Positions 1 through 12,763 of a DNA stretch of 64,000 nt are shown piece by piece. Position numbers and translations under genes: made by a program. The stretch is from Moniliella sp. 'wahieum'. Taxonomy: Eukaryota. The notes beneath the pieces are model-generated. The model worked only from the letters and a program-made list of their open reading frames with translations. It was not told where the DNA came from and searched no databases. Every line of letters starts with the position of its first letter. Positions within the stretch are counted from its first letter, which is position 1. The stretch is taken from NCBI GenBank assembly GCA_003971905.1, contig RSEE01000058.1, positions 62,001-126,000 of the forward strand. Reading direction: 5' to 3'.

Positions 1-1140
1 CAACACCGACTATGCCCAGTCCCACGTCGTCACTGCGCAGTACTACCGCAACCCGCGTAGCCCTTCCGAGTTTGAGGGCTACCTGGCCCACAACCACTTT
101 TTGCTCGACATCAACAACGAGCTCGAGGTCAACGAGTCGTACAAGCGCCGTCTCTCCAGCCTGTCCAACTTCATCATGGTCGTCTTTTCCGAGGAGCAAA
201 CTGTGGTGCCCAAAGAGAGCGGCTGGTTCGCCGCCTACCCCCTGGCCGAGGCGGACGAACCCGAGGATCTTCCCCCCGTTCCGTTGCGGGAGAGTTCGAT
301 CTACAAGGACGACCGGCTTGGCCTCCAATCGCTTGATCGCCGCGGAGCGCTCGTCTTCGAGACGTGCGAGGGCCCGCACATGTCTATTGATCCGGCGTGC
401 CAAGATAAGATTCTAGGGCGCTGGCTGGGTACGCCCGCGTCGCAATTTGCCCAGTGGGAGGGGCGGCCAACGGCGAGTGTTCTGAGTCGTCTTGGGTGGC
501 CTGAGACTGGTTCTTGGCGCTGGCCACAGTGCACTTTCATGAGCAACCCAGATGGCTCTCGTCGTCTACGCATCGAGCCGGCTGCGTCCGCTCATGTAGC
601 CCACTCGAAGGAGCATGCCCCCTTCCCCCCCATCGACATTGACTATACCACGGCCGAGCTCGTTGCTGTGGTCATCCTTGTTGTCCTGATCTCGTTTCTG
701 TTCTGGAAAGCTGTGGTTGTGATTCTGATGGTTATCCTTACGGCCATTCTCTTCCCTGGGTTTGTGGTCGGTGCTGTTCTTGCCTTGCCGCTGGTCATGG
801 TCGCGTTCCTGGTGGGGTGCGTGATTTACCTCCCGTTTGCGCTGATTGCTTCCCTGGTCCGCCGAAGGACGCAGCCCCAAGGCATTCTGCTCCCCTACCA
901 TCCCGCATGGGAACCAAGGCGACCGACTACGTACGGTGCCGTCGGCCCAGCCGTCTTTGTCCAGGGCGTTCGTCCACCTCAGCCCGTCCCGCATCCTCAC
1001 CCAACTCCTGTTCCGTCCCATCCCCCCCCCCCCTAGCTCGTGCCCCTCAACCATCTTCGTCTACGGTTGCACCCGATGTGGAAGCCGCCCCTCCCAGCTA
1101 CGACGAGGTGGTCTGTTTCACCTCTTCTCCGCGCAAGTGA
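1..1140 (+). CDS. PPT1: Palmitoyl-protein thioesterase (PPT1 family), 3' part, with a C-terminal hydrophobic hairpin and Pro-rich/PPSY tail
   Basis: Frame 2 from base 2 reads YAQSHVVTAQYYRNP...FLLDINNE...YKRRLSSLSNFIMVVFSEEQTVVPKESGWF...YKDDRLGLQSLDRRGALVFETCEGPHM, typical of the PPT1 C-terminal half. The ORF stops at 1036 after a 12-C run; a frame change there continues to AAPPSYDEVVCFTSSPRK* at 1140. The 5' end lies outside the window. Confidence 0.85.
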
Positions 1141-2441
1141 ACCCCGTGACGTATGTCGGTCAGGGGGGGTGCTTGTCCAGCCGTCATCTCAGGGTTGGTT
1201 GGTCAAAGTGGTCCCCCCCTGTTCCTCTAGTTTGTTTGTTCGATGTGTTGTTCAAACCCCCCACTCCACCCCCCGTTCCAGCTATATTCACTTTGTCGAC
1301 ACGTTACATGGATTTTGTCCTCGCGATCCCATTCCCCAATGTCGTGACATGTGGCACTCCTCCACTGGCTTTCCTTACCGCTGAGGGCTGAGGACTGAGG
1401 CTGGTGACCACGGTCCTCGCCCCGAACCCATTCCCCGTTCGTGGTCTACGCTCCAGACGATACAGGCGAGAGCTTCTCTGCCGTTCTGGGCGGTGGCGCG
1501 ATTTGTTGTAGGATCAATTTCGTTTTTTCCCATCTAATCCCGCTCGCGGCGCGGCATGACCTCAGGCCAGAGCTCCTCCCTCGTAGTTTGGGGTCAGATC
1601 AGTTCCCATGGCTGCACGCTCGATGACGCGGACGCAGAATCGTTCTTGTACCCAAAGCAGAAGGCCGGTCGTCCACGTTGCGGCAGCATGGGGGGCAATG
1701 GTACAGAGGTAGTGTATGGACCGTAGAAGGTTGTAAGGTGTAAGCGGATAGCGAAACGCACGCTTCAGCCTCAAGCAGTTGAGCTTAGCTGCCACGCCGG
1801 GCCGTCGCCGCGGGAACGACTCGCCTATTGGTAGCCGGTACCGTTTCCTGCGGGTGTGTGTGCAATGGCACGGTAGACGAGGGGGAGCTGGTCTGGGGTG
1901 GGTCGGGAGCAGGTGGCTCGAGCTGGCCCATGCTGCGCCAAAGGCGGGGAACAGCCATTGCAAGGGGCACGGCGGGGCGATCTGCAACACTTGTACAGAC
2001 AGCTGGGATAACTAGCAACTAGGGGTGGCAGATTGGATCAGTTCTGCTTGAGCTTGAGCTTGCGCTTGCGCTTGAGCTTGTGAGAGCCTGGTACTGAACT
2101 TGAGCTGCTCAAACGACAACTTGGTTGGGGGCTTGAGCCCCGGCTGCAGCTTGAACCTTGAGCCTCCAACCTAGCTACGGACGTGCGACTGTGCTGGTAC
2201 GTCGCCCGACAGATCTGCATGCATTGTAACGAGGTGCTGTCGGGCAGGATGACAGGCAAGCTCTGATCCTGACCTTAACGTAACCTGCGGCCCTGGGCGA
2301 ACGGGTGGAAGAGCAAAATGGGGGGCTAAACAGCGAGACTCCACCCGCTGGGGAGCAGGCGGTTGGAAACCCCAAGAGGCCTGGGCGGGGGAGGAGGGAA
2401 GAGGAGGAGGGGAGGGGGGGTAAACAATGTCGAACCAACGA

Positions 2442-5400
2442 TTAGGTCACGATTCCATTGGGGGGCGCCTTGAGCCATGGCACGTTCGCGTAGTCCCGGG
2501 TATTCTTCATCACGTCTGTGCCCCACCAGCGCACCTGGATCGAGCCGTCCCGTGGCAGCTGCAAGGCAAGGAAGATGATGATGCTGGCGATCGCCGCGCC
2601 GGCATCAAGCGCGGCCGAAGTAATGTACTGGTACCGGTCCCAGAACTTGAAGGAAGTGTGGCGGACAAACCATTGGGTGAGGATGTTGGGAATGAAAGAG
2701 CACCACATTGACCGGTGTCGAGGAAGGGATAAAGGTAGCAGCCAGCAGCAAGACCGGTGCCGACACATACTCAATTTGCGGTCGGGTCTTGCCCACAAAC
2801 CAAATCGGGATGGGCAACAGTGCCCCACCCAACATCCACCAGTACAGCGACTGGTACAGCCCACTCCCGCCAAACAACCGTCGCGGCCCAATCGTGCCCC
2901 AGACAATCGAGCTGGTGTAGGCCTGCTGGGCACCGAGACAGATCATGCCCCCCTGCTGCTCAGGATTGCACAGGTCGTGCACTTTCCACATCAGGAATGA
3001 CTTGGTGCCGAATTGGACCGCGTACGTCCACAGCACAAACAGCGTCTGGGCCACAATCGACACGCGCGGCGGCACCTTAAGGTAGTGTCCCATTTTGAGC
3101 GCCGAGGCATAGAGCAAAGCAATGTTGTTGACCGAGATGCAAAACGTCTTGAACAGAATGTTGGTGGAAGCCGAGCCGGGGTGCATGTAGCCTGCCACCA
3201 AGTCTGCCAGGACATTGGTGAACGAAATAAACAGGTTGGTCTGAGCGAAGACGAGGCCGGCAGAAGAAGAAAAAGATGGCGCAGATGGAAAAGGCAACGA
3301 CCAAACTAAAGATTGGCATTTGTGTGTCCAGCCCCCGTACCGCCCCAATCCCAATCACAAATCCGACCGGCAGAAAGCAAAAGTACACCCATTCAGGCAC
3401 TTGCGGGTACTTGAACATCATCTTGGCGTGGATATCATCCTTCTCTGCCCGACCGTACTTGATCACACCCGCCACTGCGTTGTAGTAATGCAACACAAAG
3501 TGGACAAGGAGAGCCATGGGCATGGCAAGGCCAGCGCCATAGATGAGATAGAACCCGTAGGAAAGAAAGGCTGGGGAGTAGGCATCGTACTTTTCCTCGC
3601 TGTAGGGGCCATGGGGCCCATTCAGCAACCGGGTCACATCGTACGCGTGTGCGTATTTGTCGTACACACCGCTTCCCAACAGAGGGAAATAACCAAAGTT
3701 GAGGCTCTGTGTACACAGACAGGCAGGGTTAGTGTAAGGCGATGACCAACGGAGAGAAAAAAGAGTAAGTACACACGTTGGTGAAGAGCAAAACGGTGCC
3801 CAAAATAATCCAAAAGATGCAGTAAGCAATGGCCAGGTTCAAGCTGGTCCACCAAGGCGGGACCAAAGGCGATGTGATGGTAGAAATCTGTGTCCAATCG
3901 AGCGATATGGGGAACAGGGCCAACCCATTTTTGAACCCAAATATGTGGTTCACCGCGACCGAAGACGGATTGGTCCAGCATACCCAGTTGAAAAAACTCA
4001 ATGCGGTAGCCAAGTAGGTTGGGATGAACTGCCAACAGGACATGCCAACCATGAGGAACTTGAAATAGCGCAGACGAGTGAAGCCATTGATAGGTTCCTC
4101 TTCGGCGTGCAGGACATTGATAAGGAGAGAGATGGTCAAGTTGTAAGGCCAAATGGTGCTGGCTGCGCGAACGAGGAAGCGCTGGCTCAATCCAGCCAAT
4201 CCGATTCCAACAAACGCACTAGACCAGCTCACCAGCAGTCCCAGGGCAAAAGCGCCGCCTTTGACACGGTGGTCCCAAAAGTACTTGTTGTCGATCGAGG
4301 GAAGGATAAAGACGGGATAACTGGTGTAATTGTTAACAGTAACCATGCTCATCTGGGCCAGTAGACCATGCTCCTTCATTGTCCACTCGCCCGGGTTGAG
4401 GTCGACAGTGGCCCCTTCCCCGAACAGGAAGGAAGGTAAGGGAATCTTGACATGGGGCATGTGGCGCGCCCATGCTTTGCCCGTCGGCCAAGCAAACAAA
4501 ACCATCAGCGGCGCAGTCAATGTGGGAGAGGGGAAACGTAAGGTCCAATACGCATTGGCAGCGACCGAAATGGTGATGCAGGTGAAGGCAATAACCCAAA
4601 CCCGCAAAGTTTGCATGCTTCGTCCACGTCGTCGCTCTGGACACTAATCTGGACTTCGACATAGGGACTGTCTTCAGAATGTGGGTCTTGGAGTACGACA
4701 GTCTGCGGCCGGCGTTTGTTAGGATGGTTGTGGATGGAGAGGCTGGGGGGTTCGACGTGCACGTGCTCGCTAGGGAGTTGATGTGAAGGTCTGAACCTCA
4801 TCCCGCCCAGGTCGTACTTGATCTCAGACATTTCCGATTCCTCTCCATCACCAAGACCCGCTAGGGGCGAAAAGACATCGACAGAGTGCTGGGCGCTAGG
4901 ATAATGCAAGAACTGCGGCTTGACGGACGCAGCGGCCAGATTGGTCCCGCTCGAAGGGGCGGTAGGGGAACTGTGGGCGACAAAGGAGAGAGGGTGGTCA
5001 AAGGTAGAATCGGCAAAAGCTTGGTTGTAGGGGGTGATGAGCCGATGTGGTGCGCACAGCAGCTGGAGCACCAAGTTGCTCGTCCGTGTCGTCCGCGAGC
5101 GGGGGGGCTGGAAGGCGAAAACCTGGTCGAGGTCCTCTTCGTCCGAGTCCTCCTCACATTCCTCTCGGATACGCCGGAAGTGGGCGTCATCGCGCGGTGT
5201 TGCGACCATGAGGATTAAGGGCGATATCAGGGACGTGTGTGGGGCAATGGCGGAAGAGAAGGCGGAAGGAGTAGGATCGCCCCGGCCGCGCGTAGATGGG
5301 CGGAGGTTGGAGGTGCCGGGGCGTGCGCGGGGCCAGGCATTTGCAAACTCGTACGCCGAAACAGGCGCAGCACCGGTGGCAGCATGGAAGAAGGCGAAGG

Positions 5401-5628
5401 GGGCGTCGGCAGGGGAGAAGGCGGCGGCGGAGGCAGTGGCGGCAGAAGCAGCGGGATGGTGGCTGGTGCCTGGGCGGAAGCGAGGAGGGTCGGGGCGACC
5501 GCTGTGGCCGTGGCTGTGGCTGTGGCTCTCGCTGTCGGAGGCAGACGAGGGGCGGGATGGGGTGAGGGTGGGAGGAAGGCGAAGGGCGATGGGTCGAGCG
5601 CGCCCTCGTCGTCGAGCGAACCGGCCAT
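2442..5628 (-). CDS. OPT-family oligopeptide transporter (ISP4/OPT1-like), frameshifted in this assembly
   Basis: Signature segments EDSPYVEV, LNPGEWTMKEH, IWPYNL, DIHAKMMFKYPQVPEW, LKMGHYLKVPPR, IVWGTIGPRRLF and RYQYITSAALDAG are spread over ORFs 4517-6112, 3729-4616, 3077-3829, 2605-3354 and 2442-2933. Intron 3707-3776 has a GTGTGT donor, CTAAC branch and CAG acceptor. The start is uncertain (ATG 5628 or about 5209). Confidence 0.93.
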
Positions 5629-7180
5629 GGCGCCGGGCACGTGGGGGGGGAGGCGGCGCGAAGAGGCGGCCAGGAGACAGCGTGGGATGGGGTGGGTTGG
5701 AATGGGGCCCGGCAGGAGCGCCGCACGAGCTGGCCTGGCCTGGACTGGAGGTGGCCGAGGGTGGCCGAGGGTGGGCGGGATGGGGATGGACGGGATGGAC
5801 GGGATGCGCGATGGACGGGATGCGCTGGATGCGCTGGATGCTCTGGATGGGCAGGATGGGCGTGGGGATGGACGGGCATAGGCGCCATGTCCATGTCACA
5901 TGTGATGTGGGATGCAGTGTGAGGTCGGTCTGAGAGCCCCCGCGGTGTTCCTGAGGCATCACGTGACGTGTGACGCCACCCAGGCCAAGCACAATGGAGG
6001 CCCCACAGGGCCACTGTGTGGCTGGTGCAGCCGCCAATTGAAAGTTGAAATGCGCACCTCGGGCGCCGCGGCGCTGGATCGCTGCGCGTGGAGCAGGTCG
6101 ACCCAATCTCACCGGTCACCCATCCCCTCCATGCCACACGTCAAACCGCCGCAGCACAGCACCAGTCACCCGCCCATCCCGTCTTGTGCACCAAAAAAAT
6201 ACCAAGAAAAGAAACGATACCGCCGGCAGACCTACCGAACAGTGGACCATCAGTACAGTGGTTATGCCTGCCATACTGGCGGGGGCTGGCAGAGCCTATA
6301 GCCTGAAGCTGAAGGAAGGTGGGTGTCCCCCATATGCAATAGCCCTGCCGCCGAACCTGTCACCGAGAACCTAGCAATAAAAACTCGTAGCTTGTTTTGA
6401 ATCCCCACCGGCACCCTTGAACAATTCCCTACGCCACTCCTCTTCGAGGAACCCATCACTGACTCTCTCAGGGCATAGCAGTTGGCACCCAGAAAAGTTA
6501 GTTCCTTCCATAATGGAGTTGCTTTCCATCCAATCTTGGTCTTATACCGCATTGGCCTTGGACGCCAGGACGTCCTCTTTTAGTATTTGTGATCGAATCG
6601 CAACTCCTTTGGAGAGGTGCTTCTGCCTCTCAAATGAAACGGATTATTAGGTCTTCGGGCTTCTTTCCTTACGACAGGGCCGGGAGGAAGGGGACTGCTT
6701 ATCTCTTCTCCGCTCATCGTCGACATCAACTTTGCCGCCCGCTACTTCCTGCCCAACTCCGCCACTGTACCGAATTCACATATTCGCACCATTTTGTTCG
6801 CCTCCCCATCTTCCAGGCAAGCCACCCTTGACACAACCCTTCTACATCCTGACTTCCGCAAGCTCCGACCGCATAGTCCGCTCACTTAAACAAAGTCTCT
6901 GCATCTGCACCTCACACCCTGAACCAATTCAGTAGGCAGGTCGTGCAAGGGAGCCCTCCGGCTCGCCTTGCTGGATCTATGGGCGGAATCAACCGCGATT
7001 CGGTAGACTAGATGCATACAGTCGTTTTGATGCCATTGACGACCTCGGCCGGAATAGCAGCAGCCGGGAAGGGTAGGACGACCCCGTCCAGGAGAACAGG
7101 CAGGAAATCAAGGCAAGTTTCCCCAGCGGGAGGGATACCGACAATCTCTCGCGGTAGGGCATGCAGGGTGGGTGCCCAGT

Positions 7181-7756
7181 TTAATCTTCGTCCTGGACGA
7201 TCGTGCCCTTGGCCGAGACGTAGAGACCGTCCAAGAACTTACGGATATCCTTGTTGCGCACAAGGCAAGCACCGTGCATGTCGGCGGCCGACTGGGAGAC
7301 GGCGTTGATGTCATTGCCCTCGATCAGCACCTGGTCCTTCTGCGCCTTGTCCTCCGTGATGGTCACACCCTCACGCATGGGTACGTGGCGCACGCGCTCT
7401 CCCAAGAAGTTCCGGATCTCCACCGCCCGCTTGTCGCCGGCAATGATGAGGTTGACGGGGAAATGGGCGTAGACTGCGCGCACCTTGTACTGGAACCCCT
7501 TCGTCACCCTTGATCATGTTGGCCACAACCGAAGCTGCAGTACGCAGGCACGCAACGTGCTTACGTCCACCATGCCACACCACAAAGCGCACCTTGGTCC
7601 CCTTGGGGTCCTTGACCAGGCGGACCTCCATGTTGAGGTGCTTGAGCGACTTGCTCAGCTCGCCACGGGGACCCTTGACCCACACATCGCGCGAGGCCAC
7701 CTTCACCTCGACATCGGCCGGACGGGGATCTCAATGTCCTTGTAAATCTGCAGCAT
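7181..7756 (-). CDS. RPL9: 60S ribosomal protein L9 (uL6)
   Basis: [32 protein letters not shown]...[13 protein letters not shown]...NMIKG(V)[18 protein letters not shown]...RNFLGE...[13 protein letters not shown]. Two single-base frameshifts occur at about 7720 and 7507. Confidence 0.96.
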
Positions 7757-7769
7757 TGCGAATGGGTTC

Positions 7770-7962
7770 CTACAACGGGGAGAGGAGAAACGGGTTAGTC
7801 GGGCCAAGGTCCCGCACACGCCAAAACCCGCTGCAATGATCCGGCGGGGAAGCGGCAGCTGGCAAGAGGAGGGCAGGAGAAGACGCCGCTTCCAAGCGCG
7901 GGTGGGCGTCGATCCTCAGCGCATCCACCAGCGTGCCATCCAAGCCCAAAGAACCAGCTTAC
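7770..7962 (-). other. 5'-UTR intron of RPL9
   Basis: On the minus strand: GTAAGC donor at 7962, CTAAC branch at 7794-7798, a pyrimidine tract, and a TAG acceptor 13 nt before the ATG. Confidence 0.75.
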
Positions 7963-8644
7963 CTTGAGGCCGCCCGGCTGTCGTGCTTGGTGCGTGGATG
8001 AAGAGGCGGGGCCGGTGGCCGCCAGCCTAGAGGCCGTGCCGAATCGGAGAGGAGAACAGCGCTGCTAGACTGCCCAGTGCCCATTCGGGGTTTCCTCCAG
8101 TACGGGGTCGCTGTTGGCGCAATTATTCTTGGCTTTTCCCGCCAACCCTACCACCGCTACTTGACTATGGCAGCGAAGCCGAGCCGGGCCTTAACATGCC
8201 ATGGCCGCCGGAAGCCTCTGCCATGTTACCTGCAGCAGCACGATGCCACCACCAGGCCCGAATCTTCCATCAACGTCCAATCATCGACGTTCCACGTTTT
8301 TGCTGAGCCCCTCTATCCTTTCGGTCACGTTGCCCTTTCTTGGCCGCCCTAGTTTTCAGAATAGATGGACCTCTCGGCGCTGGCGTCCGCCACACAGCCG
8401 GGGCAGATTATATGCAAGTGATACTAAAAGCCCGCTGGTTATCAATACGCATCCCGCCCTATATGCGGGGGAATATAGTGAGTCCCAGGACTTCCTGCAG
8501 GGATCTATGGGTCCTATGGGACTATAGAGATGTGTATGATGCTTGGGATTGATCGAACACGTATCGGTCACCCAAGAGCCTTATCGTTCCTATAGCCACT
8601 TCCTTCAGGACTTACTCTTAAGACCGTGTCTCCCTGTTTGAGTG

Positions 8645-8680
8645 ATAGTAAACCACCGGCATATAGTAAACCACCGGCAT
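8645..8680. repeat. Perfect 18-bp tandem duplication (ATAGTAAACCACCGGCAT)x2
   Basis: Read directly from the sequence. Confidence 0.9.
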
Positions 8681-9726
8681 GCCAACATTTGTCCGGCTCT
8701 CCCATTTGTATCCTTCCTCTGTTCGAGCTGTTAAAGAGATCCCACCTCTTGGTATAGAAGTGCTATCTCTCTCTCTTTCCCCATCTTTCACAGGTTGAAG
8801 AGCTCTTTGATGGCCCACTGGTGTAGTGGCGCCGGTAGCTCAAGTCCGGAACGTTCGGGTTCAACGTGCATCTCCTTGGAATATTCCTTCCTGTCCAGCA
8901 GGAATATTCTCTAGCCTCAGCCTGTAGCCCACGCACTCATGTGCAATGCAATACATTATCAACTGTCTGCTCTCTAGTCTTCCACAAGCCCGCATCCCTC
9001 TTCATCGGCAGAGCTTTTTGCCTCGTCTTCCACGCTTGTATAGGGTGCAGCTTGCATGTGGGTGGAGGACTCTCCAGTGATACATAGGACACGTGGCATA
9101 GAAACAGGCGCAAGGTCAAACAGAAACAAAAGTCGGATTCCCAGTCAGAACATATTAGCGACTAGGATAAGTCATGTGACAAAGTCTGGTCGTTCTGGGC
9201 AGGCTAGCAAGCGGAACCATAGGGAAAAAGTGGGCGCAAAATGAAAGAAAATGCAGTTGCCGTGTTGGGAGACCAGCATAAAACCGGACGGGGGGTTGAG
9301 GATTTGTGGAATAATGCGGAAAGGCGCAAGAGACGAGATGGGAGTTGAGATACTACGCACTCGAGAACGGATGCGGGTGCGTGCTGGTCGAGTGTTGGAG
9401 TGATGGTGGGTTTTGAAGAGAGGATGATGGGGAGCAGCAAAGAAGGAACAGCAAAACCCCTTAGGGTAGAGATAGCGTCCCATGCAAAGAGCTGTATGCG
9501 TTGATCATGCCTGTGGCTTAAGGGCGAGGCATTGGAAGTACGCCGGCTTGGCCCGAGGCGCCGAGGAAGTCAAAGTGAGGTGCTTGTGGTTGTGGCTGTG
9601 GTTGAAGTGTTTGATCAGCTGTTGAAGGATGCGTTTTGAAAGACATGGATCTATCAGTGTACGTGTTGGGAGCGGAAGGGGGGGCACGAATTCCCCATGG
9701 AATCCCTGCATGGTAGTGTCCACAAG

Positions 9727-11004
9727 CTATGACAAGGGGGTTTCCGCAATCCCGGCTGGCGTGGCCGGAACGGAACCTCCACTCGAGGTCATGGAAAGGG
9801 TCGAATGGACGACTGGCGCGAAGGTTGGGTCCATCGCGTTGGTGGCGTGTGTGTGTGCAGGTGATTCGCTGAAGTCGACGGTCCCCGTCAAACCATCCAT
9901 GAAAATGGGTTCCTGTAACGCCGGGCGTGCCACATGGTCCAAGGCGTATTTCAGTACTAGGTTTGTGGCCCTAGCACGCTGAGGACTGGCGAATTTTTGG
10001 TTGAGCAAAGCAGAAGGATCGCCGGACAAACTCAGCACAAGGCGGTGTAGCAGGTCAAAGGCCGCCTTTGCCGTCCCAGTCGTAGTAGAGCGGACGTAAC
10101 TCTGGGCGTCCGTCATTCCACAGATGACTCGGGCAAGAGGATGAACAGCCGCTGCCAAATGTGCCGATGAAATACCGACAAATGCGCGATAATAGAGGCT
10201 AAGTTGGGCCAGATAGTGAGCCACCCATTCGACCTGGGGAGGCTCTTGAAGAGCTTGGCACTTGAAAGAAATCCAGTCGCTTACCGTCGGCTGGCCCAAG
10301 CTCCATGACAAAGTGCTAAGGATGTGCTGGCTCATCTGGATGAACGAATTGTCATCAAACGTGCCTTCGCACAGCTCACGGCATTGCTGTAACGAAGGTC
10401 GATGGGCCTTGGCGTTATCGTACTTGCTGGCAATGAGCAATGCACAGCATGCCATGAGCTGGCAGTGCTTACGCAGGACCACCCGTTTGGACATGTATCG
10501 ATCGACAATGTTGACCGCTTGGTACAGAACTGATTCGGTGCCCATATTGAAGCTCAAATGCACTTCGACCAAGAAGTCGATCAGGAAACGACGCATGCAC
10601 CACCCAACATGGGGCTGAGAATCGATCATTGCGACCTGAGGCACGCTGGCTGCCTGCACGTCCAAATGGGCAACGTCAGTAATCGGTCAACTGGATTGAG
10701 AAGACGAGAAGTAGATCTGTACCTCGAGCTGGAGCATGTGATTGATTGCATCCTCCTGGTATTCGTCTTCAAACATCCAGTCGGGCACGGTTGAAGCGAC
10801 TGGTGGCATGGAAGAAAGTGAGCGAGTGTGCTTCAGCTGTGCGTGATTATTATCAAGGATGGCCAGCGACGGCACCGAGACGGAGCGTGCCATGGTCACA
10901 GACGATGGCGCCGCTGCTTGCTCGGGCCCGGGAATGAGCTCCGGGCCTGTGCGGCCCATCTGCCAGCTGGGGCTCACTCGGCTCGGATGGGAGTGCGGAA
11001 ACAT
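9727..11004 (-). CDS. Cyclin (cyclin N and C boxes; probably the G1/S Cln1/Ccn1-like class)
   Basis: Exon 1 ends EDEYQEDAINHMLQLE. Intron 10654-10722 is GTACAG...CTGAC...CAG. Exon 2 reads IDSQPHVGWCMRRFLIDFLVEVH...AVNIVDRYMSKRVVLRKHCQLMACCALLIASKY...FIQMSQHILSTLSWSLGQPT. The C-terminus may extend to 9505 through a frameshift. Confidence 0.88.
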
Positions 11005-12574
11005 GCTGGGCGGCGTCTGGAAGGGTGGTGGGGGGGAGAGGCGAGTAGGCCGCCGACCGATGGACGATGTTCTGGCGCGGGCAACCGAGCCTTGGAGCTT
11101 GACGCAAGGATGCAGGCGACTGGCATGCGGAAGTCGGGACTGTGTGGTTGCCGAGTTAGATACGCCGATAGAAGGGTGCCGGTGATCATCGATCAGTTTG
11201 ATATATCGCAGAGAAGTTGCTACTCAACACGTCGGCGGCAGCAAGTACCAAGTGTTCTGCTGAAAACACGCTCAACACATAGCATAATGCAGGAACGCGT
11301 AACGCGTAACTAGTAGCCACCGGCTTCTGGCGTCTCCTCGGTCCTCAGTGTACTCAGTACTAGTTACTAGCGTTGCTTGCTACGGCCCCAACGAATTCAA
11401 CCAACGCACATTGTCACACAGCCGCCGCACGCCGGCCACCGTGGATTGCGGCAACTTAGCAAAACACCGTGCACACCCACATATTTGCTCAAAAGCTCTT
11501 GCCTCCACGTTTTTCCTTGCCGCCCACAGTTGCCGCCCACGGGTGGGTCGAGGGTGGGTCGGCCACCCACATATGCAGAGGTGGAAATGCACCATGGATC
11601 ACGCTCGATGCGTCCTGTCCGTGAGCCTCAGGCTGAGGCCTCAGGCTCAGAGTTTCAGGGTCTCGCTGCTCAAAAGCCTCAAAGTCAACACCAGGCACCG
11701 TTTCATGCCATTCCCGGCCATCGGCCATCCCACACGGGGGGTACCGCTACTCCGTAGAGACTATAGTGACTATTTGCCGGTCACTGGGTAACTAGTGACT
11801 AGTGATTTGAGGACTAACAGGGACCACTATAGGGACCAGATATCGATGGCCGGTGACCCGGTGACCGGTGAGCTCACCTATGGCCAGCGGTTAATGCATG
11901 ATCATCGATCAGGACTTCGTGAATTAATGCGAGCCTAGCCAGACGCGGCCCACCCTATAACCTTAGGCCTCTGAAATTGAGGTCTTAGCATCTTGGGCCC
12001 ACACTAGCGCTTGCCACGACGCTTCCACATGAGGTCAGTCTGGGATCTGAGTTAGAGGCGTCTAAGGCCCTAAGGCCCTAAGGCCTAAGCCTAACGCGTA
12101 ACGCCTGACTAATGAATGATTCTCCTCCGCAATGGTGCCGGTGATTACGAGTTACGCTAGTTACGGTTAACCTTTTCTGCGGCCTGAGGGCCTGAGGCCT
12201 GGCCTAAAGCTTGAGGTAGGCTTGAGATCCGAGAGAAACCCTTCAGCCGCTCAAGCTGAAGGCTTTAGCGTTTAACGTGTTTAACATTTAACGCGTTTAA
12301 CGCTCTTAAAGCGACTTTAGCTTTAACGTTTAACCCCTCATCCTCACAGGCTCTCTCACATCTCAGATCAGTTCTCGATCAGTATGATGCACGTTCAACC
12401 TGATTAAGATTAAGGTTCTCGAACATACTGATTACCGATTTACTGATGTTTCGATATCTCACGATCTCATCCGCCTTGGGGCAATGAATATTGAATCCGG
12501 GGCGTCCCAGTCCTCACATGGTCCCTACCGGTACCGGTTTCCTCCGGCAGCTAGACATACCATATCGGCCCAAC

Positions 12575-12753
12575 TGTAACAGTCGGGGCTAAACGAGGGA
12601 CCAAGGTCCTGTCAGAGGCGGGGGGAAAGGCAAGATCGTTCGTGGGAGGAAACAGAAGGCATCAGGCAGAGAACAGAAGCAAAAGGGAAGGGAAGAGCGA
12701 GAGACACAGGATGCGGAATTGGAAATTGGAGCGAGCTTAGTCATTCGGTGACA
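12575..12753 (-). repeat. 3' LTR of the gypsy element (179 bp)
   Basis: Differs from 18090-18267 only by a 2-bp and a 3-bp indel, by eye. Confidence 0.97.
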
Positions 12754-12763
12754 TTGCCCCCTT

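Noticed and set aside
5034..6137. Long overlapping ORFs on both strands upstream of OPT
   Set aside because: These are low-complexity GC-rich shadow frames of the OPT N-terminus and its repeat-rich leader.
7770..7962. snoRNA hosted in the RPL9 intron
   Set aside because: No RTGATGA C box with a matching terminal D box and no convincing H/ACA layout were seen.
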